Shown: in pieces, positions 15,001 to 21,079 of the stretch
Numbering within the stretch: the first letter of the stretch is position 1
How the letters are laid out: the number at the start of each line of letters is the position of its first letter
Source: Christensenella sp. UBA7862
GTDB taxonomy: Bacteria > Bacillota > Clostridia > Christensenellales > UBA1242
Assembly (NCBI GenBank): GCA_002500135.1
Contig: DLSM01000006.1
Span: 185,488 to 249,487 of the forward strand
Length of the DNA stretch: 64,000 bases
Direction of reading: 5' to 3'
Made by a program: the position numbers and the translations under genes
The notes under the pieces: generated by a model
What the model saw: only the letters and a program-made list of their open reading frames with translations
Told to the model about the DNA's origin: nothing
Database searches by the model: none

Positions 15001-16392
15001 AACCTAAACGGCAACACTGTTTCGCTTAAAGTTGAATATTGGGATAGTTATCTTAAAGAAATGGTGGAACTTACAGGCATTGCAGAATGGGCAAACCTTG
15101 ATGACGAGCCAAGAGATGAAGTCCTGCTTCTCATAAACGGCGCTCAATATGTAAGAAGTGTTGTATTCAGTTTTGACAAAGACAGCCAAGGAATTCTTGC
15201 TGGACAAAACAGCATAAATCTTAATGTTTATGTCAAATTGGAACAAATCACCATAGACAACCCATCATCTATTGTCTATTTCCCAGCCGAAGCAGGTGAA
15301 GAGGCAGAACAAATTATGGGATATGAAAATGTTGCAACACTTTCAAGACTTGTGGGCGTAGAGTTTGCAGAAGAATTCTTGACACAATATGCAGGCAGCA
15401 TAAACACACAAGACGTGTTCTATGAATATGAACTGTGGCAACTTGACACTCAAGGCAACCCATACAAAGTTGTTGGAACAAGAAAAGAACTCTTGCCAAC
15501 AGACATTTTGGACGCTCACGGCGACAGTGACGACTACACATATTTCTATAAGGTTTATGCAATGTTCACCCGTGGCACTTGCAACAACTTCGACTTCGGC
15601 GACTACAACCCAACAAAATGGCTCAAAATTCACCGTTCAAATGTTTCGTTTGAAATTGCAAATGACATTGAAGTTGTGTATGGCAGCATTGACCCAATGA
15701 ACACAGGCGTTGCAGTCCTTGGCATAGAAAACTTGAACCGCAGCGACTACACTTTGGGCGTCTTTGACAGAAACAACAACAGAATTTCACTATCCTCAAG
15801 CACAAATGCTGGCGAATACACCATAAAATTCTTCTTGAATGAAAACAAACTTGAGAAACTTCAAGGCAACTTCATTTTTGACCAAGAATTTGTGGAAAAC
15901 GGCTACTTGCTCACAAAATCTTACACAGTTTTGAAAAAGCAAATTTCTGGCTACACCTTGTCACTTGAAGGAGTCCTAAGACAAACGGGCGAAAGGCTGA
16001 ACGACAAGGTGTCAGTGATATTTGACGAAAGTCAGTTCGTTGGCGGAAATATCCCAAGTTACACCTTAGTCTTCCGCAAAAACGGCAGTGTTGTAAGCAG
16101 CGTCATTGAGCAAGGAAATTATGAAGTTGAAATTGTCTTTGACGGCGATAACTACGAGGCCACCGAGGTGCTAAGATTTACAGTCTTGCCACCAGACGGG
16201 CAACACACTTTGGTCATTGTTGCAATAGTTTTGGGTGTTTTGGCTCTTGCTGGTGTTGCCATTGGCATAAGTGTAAGAATCGCTAGACGTAACATGAGAA
16301 AGAACATTCAAAAACAACAAATGCGAAGAATTAAGAAAGAACTTAAATCTTTGTCCAAAAGAGAAAATAACAACGATAAGAACATAAGATAA
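1..16392 (+). CDS. Giant cell-surface repeat protein, 5' end cut by the window edge (more than 5,460 aa inside the window)
   Basis: Frame 1 is open from nt 1 (ENINDGGAISNFGTTKIEGG precedes the first Met at 76) to TAA at 16390-16392. The N-terminus has GGAI/GGAV/GAAIY repeats of the polymorphic-membrane-protein beta-helix type. The body is dozens of roughly 85-100 aa Ig-like modules with a [FY]x[YF][TN]G...P core (FTYTGGEQV, YTYNGSKQF, VYNGNNLSP, FEYTGEELKP) and NxNxGxAxVxIxGxGNFTG ends. The C-terminus LVIVAIVLGVLALAGVAIGISV (about nt 16210-16275) is followed by a basic tail, RIARRNMRKNIQKQQMRRIKK. This is a TM anchor; there is no LPXTG. Confidence 0.9.
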   Translation, partial: ENINDGGAISNFGTTKIEGGTLQSNMARNGGAIANYGVLEIKNATLTRNLANVKTPATGVTYGYGGAVYQKKYTSLAETSETLKVTFTQSTLSYNRSFAYGGAIGVTDGEVQFDGATNETATTITNNYSRAGAAIYSCVQLFVKSLFVEYNQTTSGKNSSIFLKGQGEMMRFYGGTAADTPNASAPAITISGQVVLYDTSNSSDYGTYPYIRQLCNVAGQMYVYSMKEGENNSDVMINDIGRVLVVAERGTNTDVYGYSSSVNTKIAVITTHPEVAAKFTSGENVSLVEVGGEFSFYLFKTAGITQPSDTSKDQDNEADVTENTWVKVTAEYGDIYTDYIESSDQRNIKLSSNGESARRFEQSGQAISGYAYMIGGYSWNLNTQVRFGLNMRAEWTIANPVFTVKAEILDENDEVVGTSDNAATDEIVTNYGKRIKLSIAIQNKNENASDGYKYSYEWKWMDGSSSAQNSFSQNIKNDIIQNELILKHVFSAQIIVQVMVTGKGINDLAEKTTNSFVVCNNIRIDPAQLGLSLVEKEFVYNHNERNPLYKNGQYVAEAADENYNLSISKLNGETASTSGNPITLPYNERLSSLQLSGSMFVMANGVKQPITSAIQTGKYIVDINSQLAASGSMEKPDDSGYDYFGYMDYVLVENTDKDWSITPLQVEVEKWVYAQQTGVESFKIVGDYTNSIQNLSGYSFIVLPVFKNTAGDYVRFKLQTTFTSAAGATETKEVIVVYPQTGFNVGDTVTVLGDIDNFSSKPSELGGFSSEGTLKTVLSMVNDYAEENGSISRGNYVCTNTTLDWAITRTQAIVANWFVGFVGDNATETINYTYLEDGELKVNGEYYDEAENKFVVADKFSYGGGINGNGKLGVGVNFLNFANGTTGIVSSGLRVKLDVVGQLYSGLNFTTSKEYVVTSGNVVISEDADSFVKLYDGVGNTNAGVYTITISFIYGDDTSYDMASAYLYTLTLVVNKQVLHTNWVGDLTSDTNVYNGNNKAVTVENASGYSYLTYLAQLNEDGEYITDIRTYTQNGSSNIQQVKDAGTYITFASLPAADQANYILEPDYLIWTVKPRTLTIKNTSFEIEWNGAVQSYRPTLDGVLIQDSGKTIVLFDETFDKSDINETGDPYVAVMEIADSNYAFVSAGAYQSEQEVRWRIVRKTLTVSWQFKDGDVVDGEVMPSSSTVSTSHVYSGNTYYPTIVLGGFVSVQSKVYDQVTSTVTFAKQGMEEYTGSPKDVGTYTATASTLKGLGDSEDYKYYRLPTLSSGVIDPDKASICWTITTREIDIVWGENSFTYTGGEQVVTATLDEQYRNEGYSLVLSGNRGTDCGSYVAIATLTRASNGTINYEISNPEYPWVIAEKTVNLVFTNDAKYTYNGSKQFTKATIKSGDIANADINAVAIGVKYFNQDGTEISESEIVNVGKYSATYSLVMIGSGDECKNYVLDVASRTCSWEITPFSLSARWLDNDTKEEVTSGETRPFISAQSTKYIFYYILSGKNNATPPDGMEDVTVEFGKRSGRDASSLTMTLKMSELLKDKEFFVQSDYFTNAGEYYIEIKSITGDNGKSNYTLSSDTMRIDFKVTPAQILIGRTYDDNDTTGIHAEDWCVARSYGSSTTTVLNSPWIYDTQRKTINILLRDISGTQLAPTSDYTVSNAQSERAGVYDAVVTLINPNYALGTMNNGVFTEVSSCRVRWSIKPKTVSFNWPDANEFEFSGSNITVSVLSIDGILENSAGVKDAVGIASYAIDMANNITNVATDINKNDEYYTARVQALNNSNYTVSGSANTSFRWKIIKRKLVVNWSINNSDSIVTSQNGIFSVEYAGQRNARYFVPTFANLIDGIDRPQQTLQYGIRVNDGQTVTDKDSIFAVGTYRCILSIGDNDYYTLDNTIGTGYCDWEIIRKNVRINWSSLSLIYTAEAQRPTLTLSGIYESIAENGIQLIFYNADSSTIGTAAPKEVGVYGVKVDKTEFERLYTNYQIQDANNQIVSWQITRRSVSFSGYQPNTAGSMVYDGNAHYYYAEGRDAGGTSSMGLDTASQPESIISDMGRNLFLYPVISYVDSASNEHIVSSTFTFNNSLDATAIRALIQEVYDSCTAAGLYTLSFKLYDRNGLATNYELGVSQPTYSWTVSRRVATFTWQGGDADNSNWKRDDQTGTWFVTYDGQEHRYSAIVNNKIGTDDVYVSSYGNATFRAAGKYTATVEGLSGTAATNYQIDGTRSQSDWIIAKREVEIIWNQGALSSTSTGYTAVYSGEELGFTASINVYGDDDVKPVVTLSSSGGWSSSINAGTYTATVTGLSDTLAAANYTLPNSNRSRTWTITPKEITLSFPTDLTVTGTTVTAVYTGSDIEFKVNFVGVFDSDIHYLSPQFSYVRVLDRLSSSDQLIVENVVSIGSAKIKNVNIDDESWQNVTISLVSSERPEVAGNYRLKTGEESCKFIVTKKAITLTGWKVGTTTFSDGTARENAYRFNGSENVPEPQITGLDGIVSPLKYTYKYSRNSSFPAETSSDWQNVDEGYLVHAGKFMVTAALDGKLAQNNFVLQTGSILNFRYETTQYTPNITVIPLKMGDMRTDATAEEKQTIVLVVVNSANGNIVAGSGTDYIFPRGQVTLKNGSNTLNVQNLVVKTAATTSDYAKYTAYDAFNMLLATGGDNNLMFAIMTYTETAEDQYHPTITFSANVSDLTNMADYASVQDMAVDSDAFVPQNKAQTSPVGLYYALGDSYVKVNDNLTLLNANGGALVYGDTITLYVFGGISLDTNSYGVKLFGRNDAILDRLSASDTTKDVNGIRCAISITSMTVADGFSEFYTNYYNSLSETEKKINARIDVGTYVKVEITLLSTGTSYIWGYKQGGILTENENVTSYNEALSPRAKLVVEKKEILLNTPDAQLDYGDNSATFVRTGSAIPYNYFAIPGTIYPSSAIGSDGFTAVDIFENSGVLESDKAELEALVSPVVDNISRLSPGKNSGTVRISFVHDNYEISSTTGAVWVLSQLVDSSDVTVQFKYRYVYDTTEKLVLDSDITVYVKGVLFTDYHIMSIANNVNAGDAKIYLAIGVDAEGNPKASSFTSGKNASGGAISFEKSFTIDALNLDQTSQKQLGTTELYYGVANKALVFDPALSDSTTYTGANITKTMQNQIYITNNTDIAYISSSNFTTTYSNNLNAGTATLTIIGQGNLTGRKVITFRILPKTITTADIGEYELTVAGETSKEFTYTGGRIKPLITSVKLKDLNKSLSFDPNYTYLMANGSSIVNYDGNPVDVGEYVIRVTITGDYPTQNYTGTVDLGYKIVQMNIEGNNLVTININDNSLVYNGNNLSPIVTVLRNGTNYNAETKTFAWESNISITNDFELSYTGDRKNAGEHEVVISAKAGTNFTGSVTKTFVIKQRNVADVNFVVTPQTFAGARITPVFQDITATLGEYILIQDDFDYSALGENINVVIDATGTPVYGGSITVSGRGNFTGTKSVEFVITPLEVTSENSNMFAVTLDRTSFEYTGEELKPNIEAISFIVGNSSFPLAISNWTSKDYEYLNNINVPQNSSASPTIRITLSGNFTGTLDKTFEILPQEIKDGLFFIVDDTDDLQDTMTSLSLNLSPTTYTGARQNKAVAVYRKVTLGDGSVQYIRIATTNENNNNLPNFRAESLTRVVETPQEADYAISAGSAYVKITGLNNYTGSIYSFFSIDPLDLSVALENWLANGQDENVDGRIMLDNYTGKGTYGDTDTFMFDASATYTGSSIVPNFVLSLLVGNSRVQLSKRATQNASGDYYVGILNGCINVASENVLFVVGYGNFTGTAYLQFEISPMNILGLLDGVKIQDVEYTGSEVRLENLVFLMANGSIGLKNGQTSLVLGTDYILQYDGTQDKTNVGTKTIVIIGQNNYASTGEPVKMTFNIVQRNMSLYADEFVFNLTSPKYYKGKNVPTTLAASDFELKFVYGTHEETLNLFDNQTGLGNFTIKSYENNTSSGIATVVFEAIGTSNFTGTVAKQFVISPKDIATAEDLLIDLPTPTSIVGGVYLYRYNMGEVKPQLEITDAGEKLVLDTDYQVIYTNCQRVSHDTNGTMISSNMPTATVIFKGNYTGRLAKSYGISKIALTMDDVTFDLPTPTYTGAEIKISPSMIKMKLKETLFSKAYAFTVNDFVLTRDGFFENTSENINATSLDGLGNYTQENKGKFKVKFAGSASDVFAGEFEIEFNIARRDISQANFNSNFFTSETYTGTNIGKNYEVTFGGQTLVLDKDYTLTYKDNKNVGQATVTVKAVEGSGAHNFKGSTDITFAITPKDISDEDISFVVAATPNYNYGKAISLESKDLIVTMQVGGSTYTFKYATNDSGDFEISRYENNIDAGVATVWIKGLGNFTGERSCNFTILPVAITNVVIKNNTLAGTRSETFTGKQIMLDDRTLEEIAAGEDSYFEVVVNNMEVLKIYNSYVSSNYGYINEYQNNIHVGIATLNFMLSSNYEDATQTATFEITPKMYSQDSFFIPHIRDQVKTDNPATPVFTLDYCDDTLKFLYTNELGEAEWLELPAASDNGVANYTLSYVNNTDYGMATVTIRFNGDFDGIAYAQFAIIKAYSPTDVTITVTLKGSTTITYTRDLVLDDLTLYANTLATGAKLEWLNGSTKITYVGEQTFDAYYNENPQEYSDSLIKVTFRVERGTFTEADKANIQSKVYADKDQDRFGAYTSLYRVPYFMGLQLANVTLPMGYRWKDGEEDKFFTASDKITGSTELGLNEPCKTYILQAVYDGEENLFGTYDITVKVCVVRGTLLPENFAKTFYITYSPDTFYRDLEFFNQTSWPWSIKENGVYIEGWNEQVVVSSEGLRLKMIYNPLRAIDNKALKEGGFLTAVYGNKQNYNPVETYATIYVSQAKYTREEVLNEENVAQLAVIESTSYKAAKNLDISTLNITLPTGFSFRTPEQKLYFGSNVVELVYHGQILVDGELVDDPNYQTYGEDLSERITITLNLIAPDFTYYLTDEGADSIITLPNGERAILRQNGDALNLNGNTVSLKVEYWDSYLKEMVELTGIAEWANLDDEPRDEVLLLINGAQYVRSVVFSFDKDSQGILAGQNSINLNVYVKLEQITIDNPSSIVYFPAEAGEEAEQIMGYENVATLSRLVGVEFAEEFLTQYAGSINTQDVFYEYELWQLDTQGNPYKVVGTRKELLPTDILDAHGDSDDYTYFYKVYAMFTRGTCNNFDFGDYNPTKWLKIHRSNVSFEIANDIEVVYGSIDPMNTGVAVLGIENLNRSDYTLGVFDRNNNRISLSSSTNAGEYTIKFFLNENKLEKLQGNFIFDQEFVENGYLLTKSYTVLKKQISGYTLSLEGVLRQTGERLNDKVSVIFDESQFVGGNIPSYTLVFRKNGSVVSSVIEQGNYEVEIVFDGDNYEATEVLRFTVLPPDGQHTLVIVAIVLGVLALAGVAIGISVRIARRNMRKNIQKQQMRRIKKELKSLSKRENNNDKNIR

Positions 16393-16427
16393 AAAAGTGG
16401 GAGAATGATTTTTCTCCCATTTTTTTG
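16392..16427 (+). terminator. Rho-independent terminator of the giant gene
   Basis: TGGGAGAA (16398-16405) pairs with TTCTCCCA (16412-16419). The loop is 6 nt and a T7 run follows at 16420-16426, directly after the stop codon. Confidence 0.8.
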
Positions 16428-16455
16428 GTCAAAATGCCAAAAGTATGCAGGCCTA

Positions 16456-16484
16456 TTGACAAACGAACTTTTTGGATATATAAT
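16456..16484 (+). promoter_or_regulatory. Perfect-consensus sigma-70/SigA promoter for the GLUG protein gene
   Basis: TTGACA (16456-16461), exactly 17 nt, then TATAAT (16479-16484). It lies about 28 nt upstream of the ATG at 16512. Confidence 0.75.
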
Positions 16485-16511
16485 ATGGACAACAAAAACG
16501 GAGGGAAAACT

Positions 16512-19500
16512 ATGAAGAAATTTTTATGGTTTATTGTGGTTGCAATAGCAGTTGTAAGTTTTGGTCTTACAATTTACTATTTCTCTGCAGACAACGAGGT
16601 TATTTATGTCCGCAGTTCATATCTCGTTGTGGAAGAAGGGGAGTATATTTCAACCAACAGTTTGCTTGAATTTAAAAACAGAGGCAAAGACACAACCTTG
16701 TCTTTCTCAAGCGGAAATGAAGAAATTTTAAGTTTTGAGGCAGAAGGCAATTCTTTTGAAGCAAAGAAAGGTGGTCAAAGCCAAATCGTTGTCAAAACAA
16801 GCAACAAACGTTATTCAACATTTGTTATTGACGTTCTTGTGTGTGACGGCTCGGCAGAATATCCATTTGTCATAACAACAGAAGCAGCACTCAAAAAGAT
16901 TGGCGACAATACAATAGAGAATAATAAATATACGGTGGACAAAAATTATAGACTTGGCTCAGACATCACCCTTGAAGAAGTGGAAGGCGGCAACTGGACA
17001 CCAATCGCAGGTTTTAGCGGAATGTTTGACGGCAACTTCTATACAATTTCAAACGTTCACATCACAGACCAGACTGTGGCAGAAGGTCAAGATACTGTAG
17101 GCTTCTTTGCAAATATCACTAACTCGGCAGTTGTCAAAAACCTTGTTCTTTCAAATTTGAAAATTGAACTCACAAACGGAGCATTCGTTGGTTCAGTTGC
17201 TGGCATAAGCCAAGGCATAATTCAAACAACTCTTGTTGACGGCTCAATCAAAGTTGATACTTATGATTCAACTTCCATGATTGGCGGTGTTGTGGGAATT
17301 GCTGAAAGAAGTACAGAAGCAGATTCAGTCTTGCCAAAAATTGACCGTTGCGGATTTGAAGGTTCAATCTCTTTGCCACATGACGGCAGCAAAAATCTTG
17401 CAGAATATGGCGGCATTGTAGGCAGACTTGGATGCGCACAACTTTCAGAGAGTTATTTCAGAGCAACTGGTCTTGGTGTTCAAAATTATGATAACAACTT
17501 TGGCGGAATTGCTGGCGGCTTTGTTTATGGCTTAGCAAATGGCGATGCAAGAGCATATGACAACTATGCATTCTTCGCTTCAGAAAATCTTGAAAACGTT
17601 GACTACACAAAAATCGCTGGACTTATTGCAAGAAATTATGAAATAAGACAAGATGTAATTAACAAAAGAATTCTTGGCAACTACTTTGGCGGAAACGAAA
17701 ACTTGACACAAGCAGTTGTTGACGGAACAAGTGTTAATTCAACAAACAACAGATATCTTACAAACGAAGAATTTTCAAATCAAGAAAACTTTGTAACTTA
17801 CAAGAGTTCAAACGGAGAAGAAGACAGACTTTGGAACTTCTATTCAGTTTGGGAATACACAGACGGATATATCTATCCAGTTCTCAACATCTTCTCATCA
17901 GTCGGCTCAACATATCTTGACGACCCAGACATTGTCACAGACGGCTCAGTTACAACAGCAGACGAACTTTATGAAGCACTAACTGGCACTGGCAAATATG
18001 CAGACATCGTTGGCATTGACATTCAAGGAACATATGACGCAGAAAGCGGAAAAAATATCCTTGACATGAACCCAGAAGTTATCGGCTGGACATGGGGCGA
18101 TGAAAACCACCCAATCCCAGCAATGTTTGACAAGACTATCACTTCAAGCACAAATTGCATTATAAGAAATCTTGTTATAACAAACACAGACACAACAGCA
18201 ACAGAAAATGTTGGACTTGTGAAAGTTCTTGGCAGCAACGCAATCGTCAATGGCCTTACCTTTGACAAAGTTCAAATTACAGGCAACCCAGCACAATATG
18301 TCGGCGTACTTTGTGGCGAAGATAAAGGTGCAGCAATATCTTACATCGTTATCCAAGACGTTTCAGTCGACCTTTCAACTGGACTTATTCCAGTAAGTTC
18401 ATGGACTGGTGTTGACTTTTCTCAAGGTTGGGCAAATGTCACAACTGTCAGAACAATCACTGCTTCTGGTCGTGCATTCGGCACAGTGGCAGGCAGGGCA
18501 TATGCAAGCGAAACAAAAGGTATTCAATATGTTGTAATTTCACTTGTTGACTTTGGAAACTCATACTTCTTGTATGGCGGCGGCGTAGTTGGCTACAATA
18601 GTGCAGTCATCACAAAAGGACTCAGAAGCAACAGCGTCAACACAATCAAACTCAACGCAACCTATGCAGGCGGCTTTGTTGGAAATAATTTTGGCAAAGT
18701 TGAATTTGCAAGTGCAGACAATGTTGAATTTAAACAACACATTACAGACAGCAACAAAAACACATTGTTCAAAACAAACCTCTTTGTAGGCGGAATTGCT
18801 GGCACAAACAACGGCGACATCGCAAATTCTTATGTGGCATACTTCGCTGCAGATATTCAAACTGGTTCAAACTTCTATATTTCAATTGGTGGCGTGGCTG
18901 GTGCAAACAACGGTGCAATCAACAACACAAAAGTAACCCTTCCAGTTATCAAAACAACTGGCAAATATTATGCAATGGCTGGCGGACTTGTTGGCAAAAA
19001 TAGCACAATTTCAAACGGCAATTCAACCAATGGTACAATCGCCAATTCATCAGTCACTGGCGGAACAATCGACCTTGACTTTGCAACAAACGGAAAATCT
19101 GCAAACAACAACAAAAATGTTTCAATTATAGCAACTGGCTCAATGGCTGGCGGACTTGTTGGCTTTGACGACAGAACAACCGCAGCATATTCAATCAGAA
19201 ATTGCTCAACAACATTGGCAAAAATTTCTGGCTTCTTCGCAGGCGGCATCTCTGGACTTTCATACGGTAAAGTTTCAAATGTTTCAGTTGGCAATCCAGC
19301 AAACCTTGAAGAAAAAACAGAAATCACAGGCTTCCACGCTGGTGGCTTTGCAGCAGGCATTGCAGATGGCTTTATCAAAAACAGTTTTGTTATCGCAACA
19401 GTAAAATCTTGCCCAACAACTGGCAGTTACAACGGAGTTTCCTCAGTTGTAAATATGGAAGTTTCAGCAAGTGCAGGATATGCAGTTATCATTTCAAACA

Positions 19501-19787
19501 ATGCACAACTTGCCGGCAACTATGCAGTTGTCACATTCGGCGGAGAGGGCGTAAGTTTCTCAACAACAGCCGACCTTGAAGACAAATATGTCGGTGGCAA
19601 GTTTACTGGAAATATCTATCAAGAATCTGGTGCAGTTACTGCTCCAAACATTGGAACAAAACTTACACAAGAACAAATTACAGGTGTTGGCGGCGACTTC
19701 TCAAACTTCACTCGCAACATTGGCTGCGAAGGCAACGCACACGACATTTGGAACCTTGTCGCTGGACAATATCCAACACTCAGATAA
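16512..19787 (+). CDS. GLUG-motif repeat surface protein with an N-terminal signal anchor and a Big_2-like domain (1,091 aa)
   Basis: The likely start is ATG 16512, preceded by GGAGGGA. The ORF-track start at 16425 would cover the promoter. MKKFLWFIVVAIAVVSFGLTIYYF is a TM/signal anchor. An Ig-like segment follows (VIYVRSS...GGQSQIVVKT). After it come many GGIAG/GGVVG/GGLVG/GGFVG...NSY(V) repeats, typical of the GLUG beta-helix motif. Confidence 0.85.
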   Translation: MKKFLWFIVVAIAVVSFGLTIYYFSADNEVIYVRSSYLVVEEGEYISTNSLLEFKNRGKDTTLSFSSGNEEILSFEAEGNSFEAKKGGQSQIVVKTSNKRYSTFVIDVLVCDGSAEYPFVITTEAALKKIGDNTIENNKYTVDKNYRLGSDITLEEVEGGNWTPIAGFSGMFDGNFYTISNVHITDQTVAEGQDTVGFFANITNSAVVKNLVLSNLKIELTNGAFVGSVAGISQGIIQTTLVDGSIKVDTYDSTSMIGGVVGIAERSTEADSVLPKIDRCGFEGSISLPHDGSKNLAEYGGIVGRLGCAQLSESYFRATGLGVQNYDNNFGGIAGGFVYGLANGDARAYDNYAFFASENLENVDYTKIAGLIARNYEIRQDVINKRILGNYFGGNENLTQAVVDGTSVNSTNNRYLTNEEFSNQENFVTYKSSNGEEDRLWNFYSVWEYTDGYIYPVLNIFSSVGSTYLDDPDIVTDGSVTTADELYEALTGTGKYADIVGIDIQGTYDAESGKNILDMNPEVIGWTWGDENHPIPAMFDKTITSSTNCIIRNLVITNTDTTATENVGLVKVLGSNAIVNGLTFDKVQITGNPAQYVGVLCGEDKGAAISYIVIQDVSVDLSTGLIPVSSWTGVDFSQGWANVTTVRTITASGRAFGTVAGRAYASETKGIQYVVISLVDFGNSYFLYGGGVVGYNSAVITKGLRSNSVNTIKLNATYAGGFVGNNFGKVEFASADNVEFKQHITDSNKNTLFKTNLFVGGIAGTNNGDIANSYVAYFAADIQTGSNFYISIGGVAGANNGAINNTKVTLPVIKTTGKYYAMAGGLVGKNSTISNGNSTNGTIANSSVTGGTIDLDFATNGKSANNNKNVSIIATGSMAGGLVGFDDRTTAAYSIRNCSTTLAKISGFFAGGISGLSYGKVSNVSVGNPANLEEKTEITGFHAGGFAAGIADGFIKNSFVIATVKSCPTTGSYNGVSSVVNMEVSASAGYAVIISNNAQLAGNYAVVTFGGEGVSFSTTADLEDKYVGGKFTGNIYQESGAVTAPNIGTKLTQEQITGVGGDFSNFTRNIGCEGNAHDIWNLVAGQYPTLR

Positions 19788-19799
19788 AATTATTCACAA

Positions 19800-19832
19800 A
19801 AAAAAACAAGTCAATTATTTGACTTGTTTTTT
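19800..19832 (+). terminator. Rho-independent terminator of the GLUG gene
   Basis: ACAAGTCAA (19806-19814) pairs with TTGACTTGT (19819-19827). The stem is 9 bp with a TTAT loop, an A-run before it and a T-run after it. Confidence 0.85.
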
Positions 19833-19995
19833 CATAAAACTAATTAAAGTGTGTGTCTTCCATAAGAATAACTACTTTATTGTCTTGAAGCAATAGAATG
19901 ATGAATTGAAAAAAGGAAACCGAGAAGGTTTCCTTTTTTGTAATATAAAACCACCAGATAGTCTGGTGGTTCATTTTAGGTTTACCGATGAGTAG

Positions 19996-20060
19996 ATTTA
20001 ATTTTCTCTTTTATGGTATATTTGTTTGAGCCTAACAAATATAAAAGGAGAAAATTAAAT
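19996..20060 (+). promoter_or_regulatory. RBS/start-codon-occluding stem in the tnpA 5' UTR
   Basis: ATTTAATTTTCTC (19996-20008) is the exact reverse complement of GAGAAAATTAAAT (20048-20060). The pairing extends through CTTTT/AAAAG with one bulged G. The 3' arm contains the SD AAGGAG (20045-20050) and the first two nt of the ATG at 20059. Confidence 0.7.
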
Positions 20061-20523
20061 GAAAAACAAACCGGAAAACAATTTTAGTTTAGCACATACG
20101 ACTTGGAATTGCAAATATCACATTGTATTTGCTCCAAAATATAGGAGAAAAGTATTCTTTAGTGAGAAGCGTTTAGAGATTGGGGCAATTCTAAGGTCGT
20201 TGTGCGAATGGAAAGAAGTAGAAATAATTGAGGCAGAAGTATGCCCGGACCATATACATATGTTGGTATGTATTCCACCAAAATTAAGCGTTAGCGGTTT
20301 TATGGGGTATCTAAAGGGTAAGAGTAGTATACTCATATATCAAAAGTACGCAAACATGAAATTTAAATATAGGAATAGAGAGTTTTGGTGCCGAGGCTAT
20401 TATGTAGATACAGTTGGTAAAAACAAAAAAGCTATTCAAGAATACATTGCGAATCAGCTGAAAGAAGATAAGGAAATGGAACAAATGACAATATATGAAT
20501 TGAATGACCCATTTAAGAAATAA
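20059..20523 (+). CDS. tnpA: IS200/IS605-family Y1 (HUH) transposase TnpA (154 aa)
   Basis: HTTWNCKYHIVFAPKYRRKVF, the HUH motif PDHIHMLVCIPP, and the catalytic-Tyr region RGYYVDTVG. Confidence 0.95.
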   Translation: MKNKPENNFSLAHTTWNCKYHIVFAPKYRRKVFFSEKRLEIGAILRSLCEWKEVEIIEAEVCPDHIHMLVCIPPKLSVSGFMGYLKGKSSILIYQKYANMKFKYRNREFWCRGYYVDTVGKNKKAIQEYIANQLKEDKEMEQMTIYELNDPFKK

Positions 20524-20692
20524 CGGAAAGATTCGCAATAGGCAATGTTAGGCTTAGCACGATTTCGTGCTGCCTTTAAAGTAGGGTTTTACCCGTTATA
20601 TGAAAAACCACCAGGTTCACTGGTGGATTTTTATTGATACAAGATGTAGTTCTGAGAAATATATATTTTCCTACAAAACCAAGCCAAAACTA

Positions 20693-20968
20693 TTATTCTG
20701 CTTTCATTGCTTTTTCAAATTCTGCAAGAATAAGAGATTTGATGTGTTCTCTTGTTTCTGTGTCCAATGGATGCACAATGTCCTTATGGCCGCCATCAAG
20801 AGTTTTTCTGCTTGGCATTGCGATAAAGTATTCGCCGTTGCCTTCGTTGCTTTCAATAATCTTGATGTCGTGGACAACAAAACAATCGTCAATTGTCATG
20901 CTAGCAACTGCTTTAAGTTTTGTGTCTTCTTTCTTGATAATCCTAATTCTGATGTCTGAAATCTTCAA
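20693..20968 (-). CDS. spoVG: Septation protein SpoVG (about 91 aa)
   Basis: (L/M)KISDIRIRIIKKEDTKLKAVASMTIDDCFVVHDIKIIE...FIAMPSRKTLDGGHKDIVHP matches the SpoVG fold signature. The probable start is TTG at 20968, preceded by AGGAAGG. The ORF-track start at 21007 adds 13 atypical residues. Confidence 0.9.
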   Translation of the reverse strand: MKISDIRIRIIKKEDTKLKAVASMTIDDCFVVHDIKIIESNEGNGEYFIAMPSRKTLDGGHKDIVHPLDTETREHIKSLILAEFEKAMKAE

Positions 20969-21079
20969 AGTCTTATACCTTCCTTTTTTATTGCCGTGAT
21001 TTTTCACTGGCTAGAATAAGTTTATATTAAACTGACAAAAAAAGCAAACAATTTAACACACTTTTTCATATTTAATATT

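Larger units (their letters stand above)
19905..20640 (+). mobile_element. IS200-type insertion sequence (IS200/IS605 family, tnpA only); boundaries approximate
   Basis: A Y1/HUH transposase ORF is flanked by related subterminal hairpins: AACCACCAG-ATAGT-CTGGTGGTT (19949-19971) and CCACCAG-GTTCA-CTGGTGG (20608-20626). A further terminator-like hairpin, GGAAACC-GAGAA-GGTTTCC with A/T flanks (19909-19940), lies just upstream. The total of about 700 bp matches IS200-sized elements. No tnpB is present. Confidence 0.8.

Noticed and set aside
19905-20640. IS605/IS607-type element with TnpB (OMEGA nuclease)
   Set aside because: Only the 154-aa Y1 transposase is present. The next ORF is spoVG on the opposite strand.
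20600-20999. Plus-strand ORFs 20600-20959 and 20634-20999
   Set aside because: They are antisense to spoVG, which has a clear family signature.
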